NCBI GenBank assembly: GCA_951406725.2
Contig: OX597834.1
Span: 12,338,001 to 12,402,000, forward strand
Direction: 5' to 3'
Length of the DNA: 64,000 nucleotides
DNA from: Octopus vulgaris
Taxonomy: Eukaryota
The notes under the pieces were generated by a model. That model ran no database searches. It saw only the letters and a program-made list of their open reading frames with translations, and had not been told where the DNA came from. How positions within the stretch are numbered: position 1 is the stretch's first letter; every line of letters begins with the position of its first letter. Below are positions 52,882 to 64,000 of this stretch, piece by piece. The translations under genes were made by a program, and so were the position numbers.

Positions 52882-53920
52882 TAAACAAACATATAAGAGC
52901 CGAGTTTGTCGGTATTCTACGGAAAATAAAGGATTTCACTCTCGTAGAAGGCTGTGGAGACAACTTAGAGAATCGATATATACCTCTTAGTAGACGAAAA
53001 AGAAAACAAAGTGGTTTTCAGAGGGTACCAAACGCTGCACCTCCCAAATTCCCCCCACAAGCGCTCTGTGCCGTTAACCTAAGAGACATCCGACAGCGCA
53101 TTTATTTCTTTTATAATGCTAAATAACTTTCGGAATGTGAGAGCACTTTGTAAAGAAACTTATAAGCGTCCAGTGTGTTGGTATCCCATAATAAATACAG
53201 AATTTCTTGAACGCAGGAAAACTGTAAAGACAACGTAGAAAATCGGGTAAATATCCGGCAAAATATGGCCAAAAAACACGAAAGCTGTTGCCGGAGATCT
53301 CTTAGTTTAACGGTACATAGGACTCTGGCGAGATTTGAGAGGTACTGGTTTCGATTCCCTTTGGAGTGTTTCTGGTATTTTTTTTTTGTGTGTCTTCTCT
53401 AGAATATTTATCCGATTTTCTAAGCTACTTTCAGAGCCTCCTTTGTTCGCGAAATGCTTTATTTTGGTCGGCCCGAAGCTATAGTAGAAGACACTTGCCC
53501 AAGGTGTCACGCAGTGGGACTGAACCAGGAACCATGTGGTTGGTAAGCAAGCTACTTACCACACAGCCACTCCTGCGCCTATATACAGAAAATTTAAATA
53601 CATCTCTTGTCTCTTCATGTTTGACGTTCCCTATGACAGTTGATTTATCGCTCGTAATATCGGTCGGATTTGAGGGCAAATTATGAATGCTCCTAATGAA
53701 TATTCCAGAAGAAGATGAATGAAGGCATAATGGTGTAAATGAGAAACGAAGGAAGGAGTTATGAAAGATGACTGAAGGACATATTTTATCATCAACATCA
53801 TCAATAAGAACATTTGTGCAATTAAAAACCAAGCTGGAGCAAAAAATTACGAGCATATATGAATATACTAATGTGTTCGTGTATGAAAATATGCGTATAA
53901 TTTTAGGTGCTCTTATCTAT

Positions 53921-53971
<51 letters not shown>

Positions 53972-53990
53972 CATATCTATACACACATAT

Positions 53991-54021
<31 letters not shown>

Positions 54022-54044
54022 CATACATATCTATACACACATAT

Positions 54045-54099
<55 letters not shown>

Positions 54100-54179
54100 T
54101 TCACACGCTTAATATCAATTTACTGTGCTAATATTTCACAATTTCACAAACTTCAGTCATAGGATGTGAGTGTGCTTAC

Positions 54180-54251
<72 letters not shown>

Positions 54252-54830
54252 ATACGGCTATATATATTTGTATGTGTATGTTTGTGTGTAAATACACACA
54301 CATATACACACAGATGAACCGACATATATACGCATATATGCTTACATGTATATAAGTGTTCAAGAGAAAAAGAAAGTATGAACGAGAACTGGTGACAGAG
54401 AGAAATACAATGATATAAAGATATCGAATCTAAGATGAAAGCGTTGGATATTACCGAAAAACATTTAAGAAGTGTTAAAAGAGAGCGGTACATTTTTTTC
54501 ACTGATGTCGACCTTTTTATAATAGACATTTTCTAAGGTCAGTTTGGCTTAGGTTGCTTTGCTCAAAAAGACAGTTGTCGCTGTTTTGTTTTTCTTTTAT
54601 ATAAATGCGTCTGTACTAGAGAAAAAAAAATATGATCAAAGTTTTAAGTAATGGTGTTTTAATGAGAAAATGAAAGAAGAAACAAAATCCTGTATATATG
54701 GCGTTTGTGTGTGTGTGTGTGTGTTCGCTTATATGAAAATGTATGTCTGCGTGTTTGTGTGTATGTGTGTATGTCTACGTTTGTGTGTGCTGCTGATAAT
54801 GTTAAGAGTGGTGGTCATTGCATCTTACCC

Positions 54831-55543
54831 CTTTACTCTTTTACTTGTTTCATGTCATTTGACCGCGGCCATGCTGGAGCACCGCCTTTTAATCGAGCAA
54901 ATCGCCCCACCCCGGGACTTATTCTTTTGTAAGCCCAGTACTTATTCTATCGGTCTCTTTTGCCGAACCGCTAAGTGACGGGGACGTAAACACACTAGCA
55001 TCGGTTGTCAAGCAATGGTAGGGGGACACACACAGACACACAAACACACACACACACACACACATATAGATAAACATATATACGACAGGCTTCTTTCAGT
55101 TTCCGTCTACCAAATCCACTCATAAGGCATTGGTCGGCCCGGGGCTATAGCAGAAGACACTTGACGAAGATGCCACGCAGTGGGACTGAACCCGGAAGCA
55201 TGTGGTTTGTTAGCAAGATACTTACCACACAGCCACTCCTGCGCCTATGTGTACATTTATGTTGCTGTACCTTCAAGATGAGATGAACAAATTGGGTTAT
55301 ACTTATGAGTATGAGGAATGCGAGCTGGCAGAAACGTTAGCACGCCGGGCGAAATGCGTAGCCGTATTTCGTCTGCCGTTACGTTCTGAGTTCAACTTCC
55401 GCCCAGGTTCACTTTGCCTTTCATCCTTTCGAGGTCGATTAAATAAGTACCAGTTACGTACTGGGATCGATATAATCGACCTAATCCGTTTGTCTGTCCT
55501 TGTTTGTCCCCTCTATGTTTAGCCCCTTGTCGATAATAAAGAA
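54831..55543. mobile_element. SINE B (-) at 54831-55246 and SINE A (+) at 55321-55543
   Basis: Match the units. Confidence 0.9.
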
Positions 55544-55944
55544 ACAGAATGCTTACTGTGTGTGTGAGTGTGGGCGTATGTACATATGTGAATGAATTTG
55601 AAAGAGTGTTTGTGCTTCTTGTGAACATTTATGTAGATTTTGTGGTTATTTTGTCGAAAGTATTTTTAAGAATGAGTAAATATATTATCAATTATGTGCT
55701 CATAATTATGTGATATTTAATTTAGACATTGCAGATCTTTAACTACAACACCTAATAAATCCGGCCACATTTTTTAAAAGTCTTTGGTGTATTGCAATAC
55801 GAGGGTCATTGGGTTTTGTGATGTCCTCGTTAGTTGTACACGTATGTGTGAGTGTTAACGCTGATGTTGCTCTATCGAGAGAGTGAAATACTCAATACGA
55901 AAAGAAGGATTTACTACTGTATGAAAGAAATCTCTCTCCCTTTT

Positions 55945-56346
55945 TCTCTTTTTACTTGTTTCAGTCATTTTGACTGCGGCCATGATGGTGCACTGCCTTT
56001 AATCGAGCAACTCGACGCCGGGACTTATTTTTTGTAAGCCCAGTACTTATTCTATCCGTCTCTTTTTGCCGAACCGCTAAGTGACGGGGACATAAAGACA
56101 CCAGCATCGGTTGTCAACCAATGCTGGGGGGACAAACACAGACACACAAACACACACACGCACATACATATATCTTCATTTATAGGACGGGCTTCTTTCA
56201 GTTTCCGTCAACCAAATCCAATCACAAGGCTTTGGTCGGCCCGAGGCTATAGCAGAAGACACTTGCCCAAGGTGCCACGCATTGGGAATAACCCAGAACC
56301 ATGTGGTTGGTAAACAAGCTACTTACCACACAGCCACTCCTGCGCC
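55945..56346 (-). mobile_element. SINE family B inserted in a ~160-bp tandem duplication
   Basis: Matches the unit; see the related finding. Confidence 0.9.
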
Positions 56347-57922
56347 TAAGAACATCGATTCATTAAACGCCAAAAAGATTGGGTCATTTGGTTTTGTGAT
56401 GTCCTCGTTGGTTGTACTCGTACGTGTGAGTGTTAACGCTGATGTTGCACTAACGAGAGAGTAAAATGCTCAATATGAAAAGAAGGATTTTGTACTGTTT
56501 GAAAGAGCTAAAAACATCGATTCATTAGACGCCTAAAAGATTGAAGAAACAGAGGAATGAACGAAGATAGGAATACTGATGACACAAAGTAAGATGAATT
56601 AAAGGTTTGGAAGAAGTTAACAATGAAACAAAAAATATTTTAAAAATAAAGAAATGTGAGTAGATAAATAATGGCGCTATTGGTAGAACATGTATGAGAA
56701 AATGGGTGCATGTGACAAACGTAAAAAGCAGGTGAATGGAAAGGAGAACATGAATACAATTAAATGTATATAAAAATTTTATTCATTGACAAAATGTAAA
56801 CGGATGAATGAGCAAAATGAAGTAAAAAGCAGTGAAGAAAAACTAAGTGAAGAAAGATGTAGAATTTTTACACGAATTAATGAAATGATAAATGGAAAAT
56901 GTAAGAGATATATAGTGGGTTATACGAATGGATTTTTAAAGATGAATAGCTCAGAAAATGAATGAAGTGAAGACATCTTTGTAAAAGGTTTGAAAGAATA
57001 AAGTTATAAAAAATAAATATTCGAGTAAATGTCTGAATGAACATATACCGCAAAATTAAATTTGCGAATGGTAATGAAATAAGCTGATATAGATTGGAGA
57101 ATAAATAAAAGAAGAAAATCTAATATAGAACGAAATCGTGCGAAGGTGGACTGAGCGAATGATTTTATGCGGATTGACCATTGAATAAACGAATTGATAT
57201 TTTGTAGAAACGAAAGAAAATATGGCAGATTTGGAGGAAATCGGCTTATACAATATTTCAAAAAGAATATATATCAATAAATGTAATATAGATCAAACGA
57301 GAATATAGAAGGGATTGAGTAAATGAGTTTATATTAAATAAAGCTGAGTGTATGTCATTTAGAACGAAATAAATTATATAAGGGAGTGCGGGAATGATGT
57401 TGTAAAGCTTGGGAACAATAAATAAATGAAACGCTCAGACTTTTCCTTAAGTCTCACACGATTGCTTGGACTCATTAAGAGCAACATGTTCTGGTCTCCT
57501 TGGCGTATAAGCGACGGAAACTGCAAATCTGTACTTGAACAGCAGGCCGGTGAGTCCTTCCGGTTAACTTATTTAAAAACGAATAGACCAGATCAATGAA
57601 ATGGGTTTCTCAAGAATACACGGCACTACGGGATTCGGAGACTGAAACCAATGTTTTATATAAGTACTATGCTTCAACACTTGCCAACGAGACTTCACAG
57701 ACACATACATAAGTAAGGAAAATGTAAAATATACGAATGCCTGTTATACGGAGTGTATGGCTTCGTACAAAACTATAAAAGCGGAGTTTATAAGCATTTT
57801 TAAATCCCTAAGCGAATGAACGTAATATATAAGGTTTAACATGAATAATTATAAATGGTGAATGAATGAAAAATATTCTACAAGAAAAAAAAGGAAGGAA
57901 TAGGTTTATATAGAGTGACGAA

Positions 57923-58154
57923 AGGCGGCGAGCTGGCAGAAACGTTAGCGCGCCGGGCGAAATGCTTAGCGGTATTTCGTCTGTCGCTACGTTCTGAGTT
58001 CAAATTCCGCCGAGGTCGACTTTGCCTTTCATCCGTTCGGGGTCGATAAATACAGTACCAGTTTCGCACTGGGGTCGATGTAATCGACTTACTTCCTTTG
58101 TCTGTCCTTGTTTGTCCCCTCTATGTTTAGCCCCTTGTGGGCAGTAAAGAAATA
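57923..58154 (+). mobile_element. SINE family A, full length, near consensus
   Basis: agagtgacgaaa occurs on both sides (TSD). Confidence 0.95.
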
Positions 58155-60079
58155 TATAGAGAGTGACGAAATAAATAAACGCATGAATGAGTCATAGAAG
58201 GAAAGAATTGTTTTCAAGAATGAGTAAGATAAGTTTAAATGGACTCTGGACATTTGAGCGACACAGTGAATAAAGGAATCAGTAAACTAACCAACGATAT
58301 AAGAAAACGTGCGAAGGAATAGAATATGGGTTAGAAAGATAATCGTGGTATAGGTTTCTACCAGGTGAATGAATGAAGAGGCGAAAGTGATTGAGTGAAA
58401 TAACGAGAAATGCAAGAACAATAATTTATGCGATTTATTCAGATTCAGGAAGGAGGAATAATGCAGTTACGTGGAGAATAAAGATAAAAGGAATAAAGAA
58501 ATGGAGGAAGTACTGAGAATGGGTGAAGAAGGAGATCTTTCGACAGAGAATATAAGTGAATGAAAGAATGTACTTGTTGAATGAATGAAAATGGAAACGA
58601 AATATAGAAAGGAAAATAGGGTGAAAACGAAGAACAATTTTGATTGGTTAAAGAAGAAAATATTAATGATAAATGATTAAGTAAATGGAAGAAGAAAGAA
58701 GGGTGAAAGAAAATAAAAAAACAAGAATAGAATTGTAAGATGATGTTAAGATTGAAGGTGAGAATAAATAGAATTCGAGGCAGCTGAAACAAATGAATTT
58801 AAAGATTGTTTTAAGCGATTGAAGAAGTGAACGTAAATGAGCATGTGAAAAAGAGGGACTAGAAATAAATAAATACAAAAAGTAAGTGAAAGAAAGAAAG
58901 AAGAATGAAGAAGGGAGAAGTGATCTAGAAAGAAAGAAATAAAACCAGTAAGGTAAAATGATAATAAAATATAATGCTGCCAAAAATAAAATGCTTATGA
59001 GATGGAGAAACAGGTAACGCAAATAAATAAATTGGTGCTTGAATGAAAAAAAGAACGACATTAAATGACACAAAACACACACACAAAAAAATAAAAAGAA
59101 AATAGAATGAGCTGAACAAAATAATGAAAGACAGAAATAAAGCTGGAAACAGAAAGGGGAAAAAAAAAAGAAGCGTAGAAAAATCGAAATCAGCTGAAAA
59201 TCAAATAAATGGAGAAAATGTAGATATAATTGGAATAACTGATATAGAAGGAAATAGTATGGCAGCAGAATAAAATAGGAAGGTTAAACTAAACAAAAAC
59301 AAAGCTGTGTGTGTGTAGTAGACGAAGTCAAATGCAACGTGGTCTCTAAGCTTGTGCGAAAGGGCAGACGATAAAATTCGTTGCAGACGACGAAAGCTGA
59401 GCAGACGATGTGAGAGCAAATGCGATTTTAATCAAATACAAATCGAAGGAGAATTATAAATGGTAGCGAGTTGGGATTTTTACTGATGTGTAGCTTCTGA
59501 TATAAAATGAGTTCTATATATATAATATAATGTAATGTAATATAAAGCTATGTATGGGCTTACTCTATCTTTCTCACTCGCTTTCTTTTGCTATTTCCTT
59601 CTATCGCTATCTTATTCCCCCCTTCTCTCTCTCTCTCTCTCTCTCTTTATCAACATCTCCTTGTCATCCATTCACTCAATCGTTTTCTACTTCGCTTCCT
59701 TCCTCTTCGTTCCCGACAAACATTCACATATTAATGTACGTATGCAGACATACGAGGCAATATGCAAACAAGCGTGCGCGCGTAAATATATGGATACAGA
59801 TCTATCTATCTATCTATCTATTTCTCATCTATCTATGTATTTATCTATCTATCTATCTATCTATCGATCGATCAACACGAATACACACACACACACACAC
59901 ACACACGTGAAACTATAGTAAAGACAACTTTATATTATTTGTTCGTACGTACATTTAAACGTTATAGATGTCTGAAACACTGCATTGGCGGTCCCAAGCG
60001 CATTTGGTTGTTAACCGAAACGGATTATCAGGGAACACTTGATACCTATTACGTACATACATACAAGCATAAATAAACA

Positions 60080-60123
<44 letters not shown>

Positions 60124-60621
60124 TTAGGTTTAGAAAACTATAACATTCAAGATCTATTCCTAGAATAACTTATCCTGCGATAACAAAGTATAATTTATAA
60201 TTCTGAAGCAAATTATGCTGAACAGCGGTATAAAAATTACAGTGAAGTATACGAGGAAGAAGTCTATTATATTAGAGGTATGAGAGAACATGCATATTTT
60301 TCAATGCTTGGAGTTAATAAAACTATTTCAAATTCATGATGGAAGAACAGTTCTGTATCGTGCTGACACCGAAACAAATAAAAATATGTTGAAATACACG
60401 CAATTATTATCATACATTCAACGTGCGGCAAAGTTTAAGTTGATAAGTCATCCATATATAAATGAATTTTTGGTTAATAGAAACGGAAAAATTTAAATTT
60501 ACTTTAAATAGTCTCGCCAGCCTGATGCTGAAGAACCAGTTTCATTGAAAACTGCGTAAGTTATAAAAGACCGTCTACATAGAACTAGGACTCTAACATG
60601 TTATTTCACTTATAATGATCC

Positions 60622-60768
60622 TATGTGTGGCAAGTAGCTTGCTTAACAACCACATGGTTCCGGGTTCAGTCCACTGCGTGGCACCTTGGGCAAGTGTCTT
60701 CTACTATAGCCTCGGGCCGACCAAAGCCTTGTGAGTGGATTTGGTAGACGGAAACTGAAAGAAACCCG

Positions 60769-60811
<43 letters not shown>

Positions 60812-61035
60812 ATATATATATGTGTGTGTGTGTGCGCGCGTATGTTTGTACCCCTAGCCTAGCTTGACAACCGATGCTGGTGTGTTTATGTGCCCGTCAC
60901 TTAGCGGTTCGGCAAAAGAGACCGAGAGAATAAGTACTGGGCTTACAAAAGAATACGTCCCGGGGTCGAGTTGCTCGATTAAAGGCGGTGCTCCAGCATG
61001 GCCGCAGTCGAATGACTGAAACAAGTAAAAGAGTA
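60622..61035 (+). mobile_element. SINE family B
   Basis: Matches the unit. Confidence 0.9.
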
Positions 61036-61070
<35 letters not shown>

Positions 61071-61689
61071 GTATAACATGCGATAGTATCATTCGAAATA
61101 TTAATAAAAACAGAAAAAAAAATAATAAAAGGTATTGCCCTAAAACGACAGATTTCATAACGAAGCGGGTTATATTGAACATCGATAAACAAGATCAACT
61201 CATTTGTTGATTGTAATTGATGGTTTTTCAATAAAACATAAAATTTCGTTGGATAGGAAGCGTTTTCTTCAGAAATCATTTCACTCACCGGACTTAAGAT
61301 GTGCGTGGCTTCGTACGGAATTCGTCGGAACACGTAGGTCTATTGCATGCAAATGCACAGATCTAAATATATCTTCAAGATAAGCTGACAGCTTAAAGCT
61401 GAAAAACACCTACATACTATAAAATAATTAATCACATGCTGGATCATTCAGAGCAAGTCAGATGAGTCGATGTTCTTCCTACCCCAATGGACTCATTTAC
61501 AGGTCAGTGAAAGATCACTGTTCGCCGCTGACGGAAATGCAAGGTAATTATCGTTGCATTATGGGAACGAAGGTAATGCTGTTAGTTAATCCAATAAATC
61601 TCTTTTAGAAGAATTTTCTCAGAAAGGAATTAGTTTAGAATTGAATCTTGTGAAACGAAAGTGACCTTGTCCAACGAAGACTTTTAGCC

Positions 61690-61723
<34 letters not shown>

Positions 61724-61967
61724 GTAATAATAATAATAATTTTGGTACAAGGGGGTGACTCCAGTGATCAACTGAGACTTATTTTATCGACCCCGAAATG
61801 TAAATTTGATCTCGGTGAAATTTGAACACAAAACATAAACACGGAGGGGATGCCGCTAGCATATTGCCCGGTGTGCAAACGAATCTGCCAGTACACCACC
61901 TTAATAATAATAATAATAATAGCATCAATAATAATAAGAAGGATGACGACGACAACGATGATGATGA

Positions 61968-62640
61968 ATTACCAGTCAGTGGCTCTCTTTACTTCTGAGT
62001 GGAATTGGTATCATGTACATCGTTTGTATCGTAAAAGATGGGTTACACTAAATACTTTGCCCAGTACCACAAATTTGCTCGTCAATTGTTTGACCATAAC
62101 CACCTAAGCATCATTGACATCATGTGAATTTCTGAACACGAGAAGTAGAGGTGAAGGATCATAGCTGTGTTGAGAGGGAATATTTGGTGTTTGAATAATT
62201 CATCTCTGGAAGCAGGGGTGTTACGACCAATATCCTTAAACAACCTTAATACAGAACCCTTTTGACATAGATTGGATACTCGATTGGAAGAAAATTCTGT
62301 CTGGATTCCACCTGCAAGATAATACGTTGTTTATTATGATCTGAGATCACCATGTCGCTGTGTGCTGGCAGATCTGTGTGCACGCCGGGCAATATGCTAG
62401 CGGCATTCCGTTTGTGTTCAAATTTCACTGAGATCAACTTTACCTTTCGGGGTCGATAAAATAAGTCACAGTTGATCACTGGGATCGCCCTCTTGTGCCA
62501 AAATTATCATTATTATTATTATTATTATAATTCACGTGTCTTGTGTACTTTTGTTAGACGTGTAGTCATGATGGGTACACTAGGCTTCGTATATTTTTAC
62601 AGAAGTGTCACTTTGATCACACGAGCTGCCCTCTCACTCA
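61968..62640 (+). mobile_element. Diverged copy of the (TAA)n-flanked element, interrupted by a decayed SINE A (~62360-62505)
   Basis: Colinear with 7470-8024; ends ctctcactc followed by a 280-bp (TAA/TAG)n array that runs to 62922. Confidence 0.75.
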
Positions 62641-62838
62641 ATAATAATAATAATAAAAATAATAATAGTAATAATAATAATAGTAATAATTTTAATAGTA
62701 ATAATAGTAATAATAATAATAGTAATAATAATAATAGTAATAATAATAATAATAATAGTAATAATAATAATAATAATAGTAGTAATAATAATAATAATAG
62801 TAATAATAATAGTAGTAATAATAATAATAATTATAGTA

Positions 62839-62872
<34 letters not shown>

Positions 62873-63389
62873 GAATAAGAATAATAATAGTAGTAGTAGT
62901 AGTAATAATAATAATAATAATAATCGTCAGAGGCCCAAGTCAAGGTTATACAAAATGCTACCTGCATGCGCAAATATATATCTGCCCCCTTCGTTATGAC
63001 CCCTTCGTAAAGTACAATTTTAGCGTAATAGCTCGAAGCCAACAGCTGAACCAAAAGTGATTTCCTTTTACATAACGAATGAACAACCTCGACATGTTCC
63101 TTGGAATTCCTCTTCTATCAACGACACGTGAACAAATAATTGACTACTGATTAGTCCACTGACGCTGTAAGAGTGTAATGGAAAGATCAAGCGGTTCACT
63201 GAACATCTGGCATGCTTGATGGCGTGATTCGGTAACTGTCTATAATCTGATTAACGTGCAAATGATCCTTTAAGTAATGACAGTACCTGCTAGAATTAAG
63301 ACGGGAAAGCTATCACGAATCTCATAGTAACGCATATTGTTTATGCAAAAAATCCCTGGAAAAAGTTTCTCAAATCATATTTTGTGAAA

Positions 63390-63710
63390 ATAACCAGGGC
63401 TGGAAGAGGCTTCGTGGCAGGCCTCGTGGCAAGTCTTGTGACGGGCCCCGCACTGTGTGGCTGGACGTGATCGGGGAAACATCTCCAGAGGTACGACGTT
63501 ACCTTAAAGGATGCAGAGGGGCCGACACAGGACCAAGGAAATGAGGGAAGGTAAAGTCGACCTTGGTGGAATTTGAACTCAGTACGTAGTGATGGGCCAA
63601 ATGCCGCTAAGAATTTCGCCCGGCATTCTAGAGGGCGGGTGGACGTAGTCGGCTGTACTCTGGGACCTCTAACTGGGAATGACTCGAGCACCCCAGTCAC
63701 AACAAACAAG
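63390..63710 (+). pseudogene. RTE-clade LINE 3' remnant split by a SINE A fragment (~63549-63635)
   Basis: AGRG/GWKRLRGRPRG..PRTVWLDVI..LQRYDVTLKDAE..QD, resembling the RTE C-terminal KRPRGRP..RW.D.I...QDR..W motif. Confidence 0.65.
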
Positions 63711-63943
63711 AGCATGAAACGAAGACACCAGTCTAAGCCTTCAATGAATTTTACTCCTATCTCTATGATGTTGTTCACGTTTAAAAACCGTGAGGCTATT
63801 ACCAGTCACGATTTTTCTGTGGATTTGAACTCACGATCTCATTACCATCGTTTTGATTCACAAATCGAGCAGTGATCAGGGTTTTTGAATAAAACAGGAG
63901 GGTCAGTTAATTATGATTTTATGGTTTTATTCCACATATTCCC

Positions 63944-64000
63944 GGGTTGGACGGTTTGACCAGGGTCTGGGAAGCCAGGAGGCTGCACCAGGCTCCCAGT
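63944..64000 (-). mobile_element. 3' part of another octopus SINE (possibly OK-type), cut by window edge
   Basis: ggttggacggtttgac...gaagccaggaggctgcaccaggctcc resembles, from memory, a common octopus SINE tail. There is only one copy here. Confidence 0.45.

Noticed and set aside
59376-59402. ttcgttgcagacgacgaaagctg resembles miR-981/miR-76
   Set aside because: Insertion and mismatches relative to the recalled mature sequence, and no complementary arm.
60120-60560. Possible third Penelope endonuclease relic
   Set aside because: Only vague fragments (MREH); insufficient support without a search.

Overview
AT-rich eukaryotic non-coding DNA. The SINE repertoire and the dense (TA)n/(CA)n/(TAA)n microsatellites point to an octopus (coleoid cephalopod) intron or intergenic region; this is inferred, not proven. 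I cannot support any intact host protein-coding gene, and nearly all listed ORFs are microsatellite or SINE artefacts. The window holds more than 40 copies of 4-5 tRNA-headed SINE families (named A-D here for convenience). It also holds decayed Penelope-like (GIY-YIG), Gypsy, Dong/R4 and RTE remnants, a complete non-autonomous Helitron and two MITEs. The most notable signals are: (1) a type I hammerhead ribozyme with a complete core at 48641-48708 and a minimal hammerhead variant at 2808-2851, both likely Penelope-associated; (2) a ~555-bp element with a fixed 5' end and no tRNA head that always sits in (TAA)n; (3) head/tail module swapping among SINEs; (4) close inverted SINE pairs that could form ADAR substrates; (5) a 5-kb SINE-free zone with candidate exons or regulatory islands. 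Coordinates were read by eye and may be off by a few bases.
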